From a bacterium (GTDB lineage: Bacteria; JAMCPX01), in contig JAJYLN010000011.1 in NCBI GenBank assembly GCA_021787665.1, forward strand, positions 2,197-66,196: a stretch of 64,000 bases of DNA. Direction: 5' to 3'. Below, in pieces: positions 17,393-28,352 of this stretch (the stretch's first letter is position 1; each line of letters opens with the position of its first letter). A model generated the notes under the pieces. The model was not told where the DNA came from and did not search any database. It saw only the letters and a program-made list of their open reading frames with translations. Both the position numbers and the translations under genes were made by a program.

Positions 17393-20005
17393 ATGAAATT
17401 ATACACGAAGCTGTATACCATGAGGACGGCCGATCCGAAGCTTGAGGGAAACACCTATCAAAAGATAGAGGCGTTCGTGCTCCCCAACGGCTTGAAGGCC
17501 TTCTACGACCACGTGCCGGACACCCCGCTCGTATCGATACAGGTATGGGTGAACACCGGCAGCGCCGATGAACCGCCGCGATCTGCCGGCATAGCGCACC
17601 TGATCGAGCATATGTTCTTCAAGGGTGCCGCGAACAAGAAGATATCGGTCATAGCGAAGGAGATAGAGGCGCTGGGCGGCTACATCAACGCGTTCACCTC
17701 GTTCGAGGAGACGGTTTTTTACGTGACTATAAAGAGCGACTATTTCGACAGGGCGCTCGATGTGCTTGCCCAGACGATACGTAACCCCTCGTTCGACGAG
17801 GGCGAGCTGAAGATGGAGCGGGAGGTGGTGCTCGACGAGATCAAACGCGGTAAGGACGATACGTACCAGACCCTGTTCCTTGCATTGTACGATCTTGCGT
17901 ACCAGGGACACCCCTACGGCAGGCCCATCATCGGCTCTGAGGACACGGTCCGCTCGCTGACGAGGGAGAGCATACTCGCCCACTACAAGAGGTGGTACGC
18001 GCCGGCCAATATCACCATCGTCATCGCCGGGGACGTTCCGCGGCAGCAGGTGGAGCGCGGGGTCCATGCGGCGTTCGGAGGCATGCGATCGAACGGCGCT
18101 GTGCGGCACCTGCGGCCCGGCCAGCCGGAGCAGCGGCGCCAGCGGAGTATCGTACGGGGGCTCGACGTGAAGGACACCTACTACGCGATGGGCTTCCTGA
18201 CGCCCCCGGCGACGGACGACAGCAGCTTCGCGCTCGAGGTGCTGGCCTACATCCTCGGGGGCAACGACACATCGAGGTTACCGCGCATCGTAAAGATGGA
18301 AAAAAGACTGGTCGACAGCATCATTGTCTCGCACTCGGCAAACAGGTACACAGGCTTCTTCAGCGTCAGTGGTACGACGACGCCCGATAAGCTGAAGGGA
18401 GCGACCGGGAACATCATGGATACGATAGCCGACACCGCTGTCAGACTGCCCACGCATGAAGAGGTCGAGCGCGCGAAGCAGGTGCTGAAGAGCACCTTCA
18501 TCTACGACCTCGAGACCGTCAAGCAGCGCGGGATGAAGATAGGCGAGGCAGTCGTCGAGATGGGCGGACTCGGCTATATCATGAACTACACGAAGAAGAT
18601 CGACGGGGTGGGCCTGGAGGAAATACGGAGCGCGATAGAGAAGTATCTCAGGCCTGACCGGCTCAACGTCGTGGGCATCCTGCCCAAGAAGGGTGCCAGC
18701 GCCGGCAGGGGTAGCGTGAGCCGCGGCCGTCCTGCAGGGTCGGCCATGGGCTATACCCTGAAGCGTGTGGGCAGCGTCCTCGTGGCAACCTTCGAGAACG
18801 GTCTGCGCGTGATACTCAAGGAGAAACACACCATACCGATCGTGGCCCTCTCAGCCCTGTTTTTCGGCGATTCTGCCGGGGAGCCCCGGGACAGAATCGG
18901 ACTCATCAACATCATGGCCATGCTGCTGAAGAAGGGCACGCGCTATCGCAAAGAAGCGGACATAGAGCGCGAGAGCGACACTATCTCCGGCCTGTTCTCG
19001 TATATCAGAACGAAGCAGTCGTTCGGCATGACCGGGGAATTCCTGAACAGGTACGCGGACGACGGGCTGAACCTGTTTGCAGACATGCTTCTGAACCCGG
19101 CGTTCGAGAGCGAAGAGATCGCAAGGGCCAAGAGGGACGTGCTGACCGATATAAAGGCGGACAGGGACAATATAGGCCTGCAGGCACGAAATGCCTTCCT
19201 GCGGCTCCTCTATGGCCGGTCGCCGCTCAGCCTTTCGGAAAAGGGCGACGAGGGCACGGTAAGAAGGATCGACCGGCAGGACATCGTACATACGTATGAC
19301 GAGCTCGTGTGCGGCAGAAACGGCGTGGTATCTGTGGTGGGCGCTATGGACGGGACGGAGTTGGTGAAAAAGATAGCCCGGCACCTTGCCGCGATCAGGA
19401 CGGGCAGGAGCCATGTGCCCGCGCAACACAGCGTCCCCCCGGCGGTGAGGAGGGAGAAGACGGAGCGGTACCGGATGGAAAAGAACCAGGCCCACATCAT
19501 AACCGGCACGCTCACCATGCCGGTCAACCACAGGGACCGGTTCGCCATCATGCTGCTCGACCAGATCCTCGGTGGGCAGAGCGGCAGGCTGTTCGTCGAG
19601 CTGAGGGACAAGCGGGGGATATGCTATGCGGTACAGACGATAGGAGAGGCGAAGCTGAACAACAAGGGATGGTTCGGCGTGTATACCGCGACATCGCCGG
19701 AAAAGGTGGAGGTATCGCTCGGGGTCATACGCTCCGAGCTCGGGCGGCTGTACCGGGACGGGGTGAACGACATTGAGCTCGGGAACAGCAAGCGCTACCT
19801 GCTCTCGGACTACGATAGCCGCAAGCAAATGGCGCTGAGTGTTGCTGGCATGCTTGCATTCAACGAGCTGTTCGAGCGCAGCGCGGACTACTATACCAGG
19901 CTGCCGGGGCTCATCCAGCGGGTGACGCGGAGCGAGATGAACGACGTCATCAGGAGGTACTTCTCCCCGGACAGGTTCTCGACCCTCGTGCTCATGCCCG
20001 GATGA
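17393..20005 (+). CDS. M16 (pitrilysin-family) zinc peptidase, two-module fusion
   Basis: GSADE...GIAHLIEHMFFKG (HxxEH), GGYINAFTS and HPYGRPIIG. The second module lacks HxxEH and has SGRLFVELRDKRGICY. Confidence 0.92.
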   Translation: MKLYTKLYTMRTADPKLEGNTYQKIEAFVLPNGLKAFYDHVPDTPLVSIQVWVNTGSADEPPRSAGIAHLIEHMFFKGAANKKISVIAKEIEALGGYINAFTSFEETVFYVTIKSDYFDRALDVLAQTIRNPSFDEGELKMEREVVLDEIKRGKDDTYQTLFLALYDLAYQGHPYGRPIIGSEDTVRSLTRESILAHYKRWYAPANITIVIAGDVPRQQVERGVHAAFGGMRSNGAVRHLRPGQPEQRRQRSIVRGLDVKDTYYAMGFLTPPATDDSSFALEVLAYILGGNDTSRLPRIVKMEKRLVDSIIVSHSANRYTGFFSVSGTTTPDKLKGATGNIMDTIADTAVRLPTHEEVERAKQVLKSTFIYDLETVKQRGMKIGEAVVEMGGLGYIMNYTKKIDGVGLEEIRSAIEKYLRPDRLNVVGILPKKGASAGRGSVSRGRPAGSAMGYTLKRVGSVLVATFENGLRVILKEKHTIPIVALSALFFGDSAGEPRDRIGLINIMAMLLKKGTRYRKEADIERESDTISGLFSYIRTKQSFGMTGEFLNRYADDGLNLFADMLLNPAFESEEIARAKRDVLTDIKADRDNIGLQARNAFLRLLYGRSPLSLSEKGDEGTVRRIDRQDIVHTYDELVCGRNGVVSVVGAMDGTELVKKIARHLAAIRTGRSHVPAQHSVPPAVRREKTERYRMEKNQAHIITGTLTMPVNHRDRFAIMLLDQILGGQSGRLFVELRDKRGICYAVQTIGEAKLNNKGWFGVYTATSPEKVEVSLGVIRSELGRLYRDGVNDIELGNSKRYLLSDYDSRKQMALSVAGMLAFNELFERSADYYTRLPGLIQRVTRSEMNDVIRRYFSPDRFSTLVLMPG

Positions 20006-20047
20006 CCCCGAACCATGCATCTGCAAGAGAGGAGCGGGCTACCCACG

Positions 20048-20614
20048 ATGGATAAAGTCATATTCCTTGACAGAGACGGGACCATAAACAGGGAAGATGG
20101 TTACATAACGAAAGTCGAGCAGATACACCTGTACGAAGGTACGGTGCCGGCGCTCAGGATGCTTAATGAGATGGGGTACCGGATCGTCATCGTCTCCAAC
20201 CAGGCCGGCGTCGGCAAGGGGCTGCTGAATGAGGACGAGCTTTTAAAAATAAACAACGCCATCCTCAAGATTCTCGCGGACCAGGGCGTATCGATAGAGA
20301 GGCTCTATTACTGTCCTCACCACCCGGACGCCGTCGTCCCGGTGTACCGGAAGCAGTGCGCGTGCAGAAAGCCGGCGACCGGCATGGTCGTGCGTGCCGC
20401 ACAGGACCTGGGCGTGGACGTGAGGGGGGCCTATATGATAGGCGACAAGCTCTGCGATATGGAGCTCGCCTATAACTTCGGGGGCAGGGGTATACTCGTG
20501 CTCACCGGGTACGGGACCAAGGAGCAGGCGCTCATCGACGGCAAGCCGTACGCCCCTGTGTACCTAGCAGCAGACATCCTCGATGCAGTCCGGTGGATAA
20601 AGGACCGGGACTGA
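20048..20614 (+). CDS. gmhB: D-glycero-D-manno-heptose-1,7-bisphosphate 7-phosphatase (HAD IIIA)
   Basis: FLDRDGTIN, VSNQAG, YYCPHHP, CACRKP and MIGDK..D motifs. Confidence 0.88.
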   Translation: MDKVIFLDRDGTINREDGYITKVEQIHLYEGTVPALRMLNEMGYRIVIVSNQAGVGKGLLNEDELLKINNAILKILADQGVSIERLYYCPHHPDAVVPVYRKQCACRKPATGMVVRAAQDLGVDVRGAYMIGDKLCDMELAYNFGGRGILVLTGYGTKEQALIDGKPYAPVYLAADILDAVRWIKDRD

Positions 20615-20762
20615 CCCTTCCTTCTCCCCTCACGGAAGGGAAGCCCTTCACCGCTATCCGGCAACCATACGGGATGAAACGCTAGGGGGATCTTCTCGGC
20701 AGGAACAACGTACGCCGAGGGCTTGTCTTGCGGCGGGCACCCGTCCATGGTATACAAAATCG

Positions 20763-21278
20763 ATGAGACTCGATTACAGGGGGAAGTCTCCGGCTATCGG
20801 CAGGGAGGTGTACATAGCCGGCACGGCCGTGGTGATCGGCGATGTCGTGCTCGGTGACGACTGTTCGGTCTGGTTCAACGCCGTAGTACGGGGTGACGAG
20901 AATTATGTACGGGTAGGGAAACGGACGAACGTCCAGGACAATAGCGTCCTGCACGTGACCCTGCAGACCCACCCGCTGTCCGTCGGCAGCGACGTCACTA
21001 TCGGTCACAGCGCGATCGTTCACGGCTGCGATATCAAGGACGGGTCCCTCATCGGTATGGGGGCAATCGTGCTTGACGGCGCGGTCATCGGAGAGCGGTC
21101 CATGGTGGCGGCCGGCAGCGTGGTGAAGGAAGGCATGATCGTCCCGCCGGGAACGCTGGTAGCCGGGGTTCCGGCTACGGTGAGGAGGAAGCTGACGGAG
21201 GAGGATTTCGGGTACCTCACGGACCTGATAAAAAAGTATACGGCCCTGAAATCCGATTACCTGAAGACGGGATATTGA
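20763..21278 (+). CDS. Gamma-class carbonic anhydrase family (hexapeptide repeat) protein
   Basis: VWFNAVVRGD, NVQDNSVLH and IGHSAIVHGC. Confidence 0.92.
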   Translation: MRLDYRGKSPAIGREVYIAGTAVVIGDVVLGDDCSVWFNAVVRGDENYVRVGKRTNVQDNSVLHVTLQTHPLSVGSDVTIGHSAIVHGCDIKDGSLIGMGAIVLDGAVIGERSMVAAGSVVKEGMIVPPGTLVAGVPATVRRKLTEEDFGYLTDLIKKYTALKSDYLKTGY

Positions 21279-21367
21279 CGCCGATGTCGGGGGAACCCGC
21301 AGGCCTGCGGCCGCTGCCGCGCGAAAGCTTGCTAATTTTAAGGTTTGGGATAATCATACTGGAGCGT

Positions 21368-21826
21368 ATGAATACGGTGAAGATTTTGAGAGAGACCGCT
21401 CTTTTCAGGGGACTCGATGAGAGGCTCATAAACATACTCGCGAACCTAGCGGAGACGATCGATGTTCCGGCAGAGACGGTCATATTTGCGGAAGGCATGC
21501 CCTCCGACGCCCTGTACGTCATTGCGTCAGGAAGCGTGCAAGTCATCAAGGACACGCCCGGGAGCACGGAGGCCGTCATCGGAGAACTGGGGACCGGCGA
21601 GGTCATCGGTTTGCTGTCGTTGTTTACCGGTGGAGACGGCGGCGAGACGAGGGCCGTCACCGTACGGTCAAGGGAGCCGGTGATGCTCGTGGCCATAACG
21701 AGAGAGAGCTTCAACAAACTCGTGAGCAACAATATCCATGCGGCGTATCAGGTGCTGTTGAGCGCGACGCAGTATTTCATCCATGCCTTCAACGAGCCGG
21801 GGTCCTCCAAGGAGGTCGTACAATGA
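21368..21826 (+). CDS. Stand-alone cyclic-nucleotide-binding domain protein (no HTH)
   Basis: [24 protein letters not shown] and R.VTVR; ends at about 150 aa. Confidence 0.8.
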   Translation: MNTVKILRETALFRGLDERLINILANLAETIDVPAETVIFAEGMPSDALYVIASGSVQVIKDTPGSTEAVIGELGTGEVIGLLSLFTGGDGGETRAVTVRSREPVMLVAITRESFNKLVSNNIHAAYQVLLSATQYFIHAFNEPGSSKEVVQ

Positions 21827-21857
21827 AGGCGGTGGCGTCGGAGAAACGGACGGTGTG

Positions 21858-23339
21858 ATGTCGGGAGATTTTACGGATAGCATACAGGTAAAGGAAGGCT
21901 ACACCTTCGACGATCTGCTGATCCTGCCCGGGGAGTCGAGGGTCGTGGCGAGGGACGTGAATACGGAGGCCCGTCTGTCGAGGCATATTACTCTGCGCAT
22001 CCCGCTGGTAAGCGCCGCCATGGACACGGTCACCGAGTCGGCCACAGCTATAGCCATGGCACAGGAGGGCGGCATCGGCATCATTCATAAAAATATGTCG
22101 GTCAAGAAACAGGCCGAAGAAGTATCGAGGGTTAAGAAGTACGAAAGCTACATCATAACGGACCCGGTGACCATGCCGCCGGACAGCAAGCTGAAAGAGG
22201 GCGTTGCCTTTATGCGCAAGCACAACATATCCGGCCTGCCCATCGTCAGAAAGGGCAAGCTCGTGGGCATCCTGACGAATCGGGACATGCGGTTCGAGAA
22301 CGACCTCGAAAGACCGATACGCGAGGTCATGACAAAAGACAAGCTCGTCACGGCGCGGGAAGACGTCACCATCGAAGACGCAAAGAGACTCCTGCACAAG
22401 CACCGGATAGAGAAGCTGCTCGTGGTAAACGATCGCGGAGAGCTGAAGGGCCTGATAACCGTTAAAGACATCGAGAAGACGGTGAAGTTCCCCTTCGCCA
22501 CGAAGGACAGGCTCGGCAGATTGATGGTTGGTGCAGCGCTCGGCATATCCAAAGACAGGGAAGAGCGGGCGGAAGCCCTGGTAAAGGCCGGTGTGGACTG
22601 CCTCGTCGTTGACACGGCGCATGGGCATTCAAGGAATGTGATCGAGTTTGCACGGGAACTGAGAAAGAGGTACGACGGGGTCGATATCGTAGCCGGCAAT
22701 GTTGCCACCGAAGAAGGTACCAGGGCATTGATGGACAGCGGGGTGGACGCGGTAAAGGTCGGCGTCGGGCCCGGCTCCATATGCACGACACGTATCGTGG
22801 CCGGGATAGGCGTACCCCAGATGACCGCGATCATGAATGCACACCGCGTAGCGAGAAGCAGCGGGATACCGATCATTGCGGACGGCGGTGTGAAGTTCTC
22901 CGGCGACCTTACCAAGGCACTCGCTGCGGGCGCCGACACGATCATGATAGGGAACCTCTTCGCCGGGACGGACGAGAGTCCGGGCGAGTTCGTTTTCTTC
23001 GGAGGAAGGACGTACAAAGTATACCGGGGCATGGGCTCCATCGAGGCGATGAAGGCGGGCTCCAAGGATCGGTATGCACAGGAACACCTCGATGACGAGT
23101 CGAAGTTCGTGCCGGAAGGCATAGAGGGCAGGGTGCCGTACAAAGGCTCTCTTTCGTCCGTTATCTATCAGCTCCTCGGGGGCCTGAGGTCGGGCATGGG
23201 ATATGTGGGTGCCCGGGACATACCGGAGTTGAAGAAGAAGGCCCGGTTCGTCAGGATCACCCAGGCCGGGCTCAGGGAGAGCCATGTCCACGACGTTTCG
23301 ATATCGAAGGAAGCTCCCAACTACAGGCTGGAGTTTTAG
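21858..23339 (+). CDS. guaB: IMP dehydrogenase with CBS pair
   Basis: [29 protein letters not shown] and YRGMGS. Confidence 0.97.
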   Translation: MSGDFTDSIQVKEGYTFDDLLILPGESRVVARDVNTEARLSRHITLRIPLVSAAMDTVTESATAIAMAQEGGIGIIHKNMSVKKQAEEVSRVKKYESYIITDPVTMPPDSKLKEGVAFMRKHNISGLPIVRKGKLVGILTNRDMRFENDLERPIREVMTKDKLVTAREDVTIEDAKRLLHKHRIEKLLVVNDRGELKGLITVKDIEKTVKFPFATKDRLGRLMVGAALGISKDREERAEALVKAGVDCLVVDTAHGHSRNVIEFARELRKRYDGVDIVAGNVATEEGTRALMDSGVDAVKVGVGPGSICTTRIVAGIGVPQMTAIMNAHRVARSSGIPIIADGGVKFSGDLTKALAAGADTIMIGNLFAGTDESPGEFVFFGGRTYKVYRGMGSIEAMKAGSKDRYAQEHLDDESKFVPEGIEGRVPYKGSLSSVIYQLLGGLRSGMGYVGARDIPELKKKARFVRITQAGLRESHVHDVSISKEAPNYRLEF

Positions 23340-23354
23340 CCGGCACTGCCCTCT

Positions 23355-24887
23355 ATGATCGAGTCCATCGTAATCCTTGATTTTGGCTCCCAGTACACGC
23401 AGCTCATATCGAGAAGGATACGGGAGCTCGGCATCTATTCCCAGATCGTCCCTTACAATACGCCGCGGGGGCGGATAGAGGAACTCAACGCAAAAGGCAT
23501 CGTACTTTCAGGGAGTCCCTATAGTGTCTATCAGAAGGCCGCCCCGAAACCTGACAGCTCGCTTTTCGACACGGTCGTGCCTATCTTGGGTATATGCTAC
23601 GGCATGCAGTACATGACGGATAGGTTTGACGGCACTGTACAAAGATCCAGGGCCAGGGAGTACGGAAGGGCCGAGATCGGGCTTACGAATGACTCTCCCC
23701 TGTTCAGAGGCATGGACGTCGCCGCGAAGCACACCGTTTGGATGAGCCACGCGGACCGCATCGAGAAGCTTCCGGCAGGGTTTAAGGTGATCGCATCGTC
23801 GGAGAACTCGCCGATAGCCGGGTTCCAGCACGTGTCCAGGCCGCTGTTCGGGCTGCAGTTCCATCCGGAAGTTTCGCATACTATGGAAGGCATCAGCATT
23901 CTGAAAAACTTCGTTGACCTCTGCGGTATAAAAGAGCGATGGGACCTCGAGGAGTTTGTCGGAAGGACCGTGGAGGAGATACGGCAGACCGTCGGCAGTG
24001 GCCACGTCATCGGTGCCATAAGCGGCGGCGTTGACTCGACCGTGGCAGCGGAACTCACCCGGCGTGCGATAGGCCGGCGATTGAAGCTCGTGTTCATAGA
24101 CAACGGCCTGCTGCGCGAGTCGGAGGCCCGCGAGGTCATGGCGGCCTTTCGGGCGATGGGACTCGGCGTCAGGCACGTGGACGCCTCCGCACTGTTCCTC
24201 AAAAGGCTGAACGGCGTCGTTGACCCGGAGAAGAAAAGGAAGGTAATCGGTAAGACATTCATAGACGTGTTCGAGCGGTTCGCGCACGGGGCAGGCGTAG
24301 CGTGGCTCCTCCAGGGCACGCTGTACCCGGACGTGATCGAGAGCACCTCCCCCGTAGGACCGTCGCAGATGATAAAGAGCCACCACAATGTCGGCGGGCT
24401 TCCCGCGGCAATGAGGCTGAAGGTGATCGAGCCCCTGCGGCTGCTTTTCAAGGACGAGGTGCGCACCATCGGAAAGATGCTCGGTATTCCGGGCACGATC
24501 CTGGCACGCCAGCCGTTTCCGGGGCCGGGGCTCGGTATCAGGATACTCGGCACGGTCAATCGGGAGCGCATCGCTATGCTGAGAGGAGCGGACAAGGTCG
24601 TGCGGGAAGAGATAGAGAAGTATCCCCTTTCCGGATCGTTGTGGCAGTACTTTGCTGTGCTTTTGCCGATAAGGACGGTGGGAATCATGGGGGATGAGAG
24701 GACGTACGAGCATGTGGCCGCGATCAGGGCTGTAACCAGCAGCGACGCCATGACCGCTGATTGGGCGCGGCTGCCCCACGAGCTCATGGACAGGCTGTCA
24801 TCGAGGATCATAAGCGAGGTCGAGGGCATCAACAGGGTCGTGTACGATATCAGCTCGAAGCCCCCCAGCACCATAGAATGGGAGTAG
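23355..24887 (+). CDS. guaA: GMP synthase (glutamine-hydrolysing)
   Basis: LDFGSQY, GICYGMQ, QFHPEV, SGGVDS, KSHHNVGG and SKPPSTIEWE. Confidence 0.97.
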   Translation: MIESIVILDFGSQYTQLISRRIRELGIYSQIVPYNTPRGRIEELNAKGIVLSGSPYSVYQKAAPKPDSSLFDTVVPILGICYGMQYMTDRFDGTVQRSRAREYGRAEIGLTNDSPLFRGMDVAAKHTVWMSHADRIEKLPAGFKVIASSENSPIAGFQHVSRPLFGLQFHPEVSHTMEGISILKNFVDLCGIKERWDLEEFVGRTVEEIRQTVGSGHVIGAISGGVDSTVAAELTRRAIGRRLKLVFIDNGLLRESEAREVMAAFRAMGLGVRHVDASALFLKRLNGVVDPEKKRKVIGKTFIDVFERFAHGAGVAWLLQGTLYPDVIESTSPVGPSQMIKSHHNVGGLPAAMRLKVIEPLRLLFKDEVRTIGKMLGIPGTILARQPFPGPGLGIRILGTVNRERIAMLRGADKVVREEIEKYPLSGSLWQYFAVLLPIRTVGIMGDERTYEHVAAIRAVTSSDAMTADWARLPHELMDRLSSRIISEVEGINRVVYDISSKPPSTIEWE

Positions 24888-24892
24888 AGTCC

Positions 24893-27800
24893 GTGTCTTC
24901 GTATAACTTCGTTCACCTTCATCTCCATACCAAGTACAGCCTGCTCGACGGCGCCGTGCATATCGACAGGCTGACCGAACGGCTCAAGTCCTATGGTATG
25001 ACGGCTGCGGCCATGACGGACCATGGCAACATGTTCGGCGTCATCGATTTCTATCAGCATATGATGAGTGCCGGGATCAAGCCGATAATCGGCATCGAGG
25101 CGTACATCACGAACGGCACCATCAGGGACAAGAACGCTGCCTCGGAGACGTACCATCTCGTGCTGCTGTCGAAGGACCAGACAGGCTACAGGAACCTTCT
25201 CAAGCTCACCAGCATAGCACACCTGGAGGGCTTCTACGGGAAGCCGCGCATCGACAAGTCCCTGCTCTCGGAGAACCATGAAGGGCTGATAGCGATGTCC
25301 GCGTGTCTGCACGGCGAGGTCCCGTCGAAGCTGCTGGCGGGAAAGGCAGATGAAGCGATCGCAGCAGCCGAACAGTACCGGGAGATATTCAAAGACGATT
25401 TTTTCCTCGAGGTGCAGTCGAACGGAATCCGGGAGCAGGCCGTCGTCAACAACCTGCTGTACGACCTGGCAGCGAGCCTGCGCATCCCCCTGGTGGCCAC
25501 CAACGACGTCCACTATCTCGACAGCTCCGATGCGAAGGCGCACGACGTCCTGCTCTGCATCCAGACGAAAAAGAAGCTGTCCGATGCAGACCGGCTCAAG
25601 TTCTCGACTCAGGAGCTCTACCTGAAGACGCGGGAAGAGATGGCAAAGGCGTTTTCCTCGCACCCCGAGGCGCTCGAATCGACGTGGGAGATAGCGAACC
25701 GGTGCAACCTCGCTATCGACCTCGGGACGTTCCATTTTCCGGAGATAACGATAGACGGCAGCCGGGACTACGATACGCTGCTTGCCGGGTTCTCCAACAA
25801 AGGGCTGGACCGGCTGGTGGAGCGGAACGCGTACATCAAGGACAGGGAGCAGGAGTACAGGGCAAGGCTGGCCCATGAGCTCGATACGATCCGGCAGATG
25901 AGGTTCTCGGGCTACTTCCTGATCGTCAAGGACATGATCGACTACGCACGGGCTCACGCCATACCGGTCGGGCCCGGAAGAGGCTCCGGCGCCGGTAGCC
26001 TGGTGGCATACTCCATCGGCATAACCGGCATAGACCCGATACAGTACGGACTCTATTTCGAGCGCTTCCTCAATAAAAGTCGCATCAGCATGCCGGATAT
26101 CGATATTGATTTTTGTGCGGACAGGAGGGACCAGGTCATCGATTACCTGAAGGGGAAATACGGCGACCAGAAGGTCGCGCGGATAACATCGTTCCATGCG
26201 CTGCAGTCGAGGGGCGTCGTGCGGGACGTGGGCAGGGTGCTCGACCTGTCCAATGGGGTCGTGGACGGTATAGCTAAGGCCATCCCTCAGAACATGCCGC
26301 TGGCGAAGGCGATAACGGTCGTGCCCCAGCTCGGAGAGATGGCTGCAAAGGACAAAAAGGTCCGGGAGATGCTCGATATCGCCCTGAAGCTCGAAGACCT
26401 ACTGAGGGATAAGTCCCTGCACGCGAGCGGGGTCGTTATCTCGGACAAGCCCCTGTACGAATACCTGCCCCTGTACCGGGACAAAAGCGGCAACATCGTG
26501 ACCGGGTTCGAGGGGAAGTACCTGGAAAAAACGGGCCTGATAAAGTTCGATCTGCTTGCCCTCGCGACGATGTCGGTGATCGACAAGACGAGGTCCCTTA
26601 TCAAACAGTATCGGGGCATCGAGGTTGACCTGGGCGCCATAGACCTGGACGACCCAAAGCTGTACGAGGCCGTGCAGAAGGGAGACGGCGTCATGCTGTT
26701 CCAGTTCGAGAGCTCCGGCATGCAGAATACGATGAAAAAGATCAAGCCGTCGAAGATCGGCGACATGATAGCCGTGAATGCCATCTACAGGCCCGGTCCC
26801 ATGCAGTTCATCGACGACTTTGTGAAGAACAAGGAAAGGGGCGTCAACTCGAACAGGATACCGGCGCTGAACGACATCCTGAAGGAGACCTACGGTGTCA
26901 TCCTGTATCAGGAGCAGGTCATGCGGATAGCGAGCGAGATCGCCGGCTTCAGCCTCGAAGAGGCCGATTACGTGAGGAAAGTCATTTCCAAGAAGGAAAG
27001 CGAGGAGCTCCCCATCCTCCACGACAAGTTCGTCAAGGGCGCAGTCGGCCGGGGCATGAAGAAGAAGGAGGCGGAGGAGATATTCTCCCAGATGAAGAGC
27101 TTTGCGGAGTACGCGTTCAACAAGTCCCACAGTGCGACATACGCGATCGTGGCCGTGTGGACCGCGCACCTCAAGGTGTACTACCCTCTTGAGTTCCTGA
27201 CCGCTAACCTGTCGAACGAGGCTACGAGGAAAAGCCAGCAGACCTCAAAGCTCTCGCATTACGTCAATTATTGCCGGAAGCTCGGGATCCAGGTCCTGGG
27301 ACCGGACATCAACAAGTCAGCCAAGGACTTCTCGATCGAGGGGGACAGAATTCGGTTCGGGTTCCTCGCGATCAAGAACGTGGGCGAGGCCGCGATTGAC
27401 GAGGTCCTCGCTGCACGGGCAGGACGCGGGTTCGAATCGCTGTGGGACTTCCTCGTAAGAGTGGACCAGGCGAAGGTGAACCGTAAGGTGGTGGAGAGTC
27501 TCATAAAGGCCGGGGCGTTCGATTGTACCGGCGCCGCGCGTGCGGCCATGATCAGCAGCCTCGACGTGTCGTACGCACAGGCGGGCAGGATGAGCATGTC
27601 CCAGGACCAGAACCAGCTTTTCAGGACGGACTGGCTCATCTCGAGCACCGGGCCCGGGGACGTCCCGGAGTGGGACGAGCTCGAGAAGCTCGCGTACGAG
27701 AAGGAACTGCTCGATGTCTATATGTCCGGTACGCCCCTGCGGAACTACAGCGCCGAGCTCGGCAAGTTTACGAACGCGCGTATAGGCGAGCTGATGGACC

Positions 27801-28342
27801 GGGACGGAGAATCGGTCACGATAGGCGGTATGATGACCTCGGTGCGTGAGACCAGGGAGAAGAAATCGGACAAGCTGATGGCCTTCGGGACGATGGACGA
27901 CGACTCCGATAGCGTGGAGGTGATCATCTTCTCGAGCGTGTACGGCGGTATGCGGGATGCGGTGAAGAGCAATAAGCCGGTGATCGTAAAGGGTACGGTT
28001 CGGGTCGAAGAGAAGAACAGCGAGAGCGGGGAGGTGGAGAGTACGGCGAAGGTCTTCGCAGAGAAGGTGTTCACGGTAGACGAAGCAGCAGCGGGCCTTA
28101 TTGAAGCGGTGCATATAAGGGTAAAGGACAGCAGCCTTACCGACGAGACTATGTCTATGGTACGGGACTGCCTGGGCAGGTACCGGGGACAGACGAAGGT
28201 GTATCTCGACTATGAGCGGGAGGGAGGGGGCGAGTACATCATCGAGCTGCCGGACTTTCTGAAGGTCTCGCCGGACAGGAAGTTCATAGCAGAGATAAAG
28301 GATATCCTCAGCGATGCACGGATATATTTCAATAAGCAATAA
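24893..28342 (+). CDS. dnaE: DNA polymerase III alpha subunit
   Basis: FVHLHLHTKYSLLDG PHP domain, GPGRGSGAGS, MPDIDIDF, FNKSHS and a C-terminal OB fold. The start (GTG 24893 or ATG 24878) is uncertain. Confidence 0.96.
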   Translation: MSSYNFVHLHLHTKYSLLDGAVHIDRLTERLKSYGMTAAAMTDHGNMFGVIDFYQHMMSAGIKPIIGIEAYITNGTIRDKNAASETYHLVLLSKDQTGYRNLLKLTSIAHLEGFYGKPRIDKSLLSENHEGLIAMSACLHGEVPSKLLAGKADEAIAAAEQYREIFKDDFFLEVQSNGIREQAVVNNLLYDLAASLRIPLVATNDVHYLDSSDAKAHDVLLCIQTKKKLSDADRLKFSTQELYLKTREEMAKAFSSHPEALESTWEIANRCNLAIDLGTFHFPEITIDGSRDYDTLLAGFSNKGLDRLVERNAYIKDREQEYRARLAHELDTIRQMRFSGYFLIVKDMIDYARAHAIPVGPGRGSGAGSLVAYSIGITGIDPIQYGLYFERFLNKSRISMPDIDIDFCADRRDQVIDYLKGKYGDQKVARITSFHALQSRGVVRDVGRVLDLSNGVVDGIAKAIPQNMPLAKAITVVPQLGEMAAKDKKVREMLDIALKLEDLLRDKSLHASGVVISDKPLYEYLPLYRDKSGNIVTGFEGKYLEKTGLIKFDLLALATMSVIDKTRSLIKQYRGIEVDLGAIDLDDPKLYEAVQKGDGVMLFQFESSGMQNTMKKIKPSKIGDMIAVNAIYRPGPMQFIDDFVKNKERGVNSNRIPALNDILKETYGVILYQEQVMRIASEIAGFSLEEADYVRKVISKKESEELPILHDKFVKGAVGRGMKKKEAEEIFSQMKSFAEYAFNKSHSATYAIVAVWTAHLKVYYPLEFLTANLSNEATRKSQQTSKLSHYVNYCRKLGIQVLGPDINKSAKDFSIEGDRIRFGFLAIKNVGEAAIDEVLAARAGRGFESLWDFLVRVDQAKVNRKVVESLIKAGAFDCTGAARAAMISSLDVSYAQAGRMSMSQDQNQLFRTDWLISSTGPGDVPEWDELEKLAYEKELLDVYMSGTPLRNYSAELGKFTNARIGELMDRDGESVTIGGMMTSVRETREKKSDKLMAFGTMDDDSDSVEVIIFSSVYGGMRDAVKSNKPVIVKGTVRVEEKNSESGEVESTAKVFAEKVFTVDEAAAGLIEAVHIRVKDSSLTDETMSMVRDCLGRYRGQTKVYLDYEREGGGEYIIELPDFLKVSPDRKFIAEIKDILSDARIYFNKQ

Positions 28343-28352
28343 GGGAGGGAAC

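Noticed and set aside
20615-20640. Hairpin CCCTTCC-N12-GGAAGGG after gmhB as an intrinsic terminator
   Set aside because: The stem is real, but the loop is large and there is no U-tract, so the function is unsupported.
23508-26197. Long antisense ORFs (423 and 866 aa) opposite guaA/dnaE
   Set aside because: They are shadow frames of GC-rich, codon-biased genes and have no recognisable motifs.
24893-28342. Intein or split in dnaE
   Set aside because: The length is normal (about 1150 aa), motifs are contiguous and no intein termini are present.
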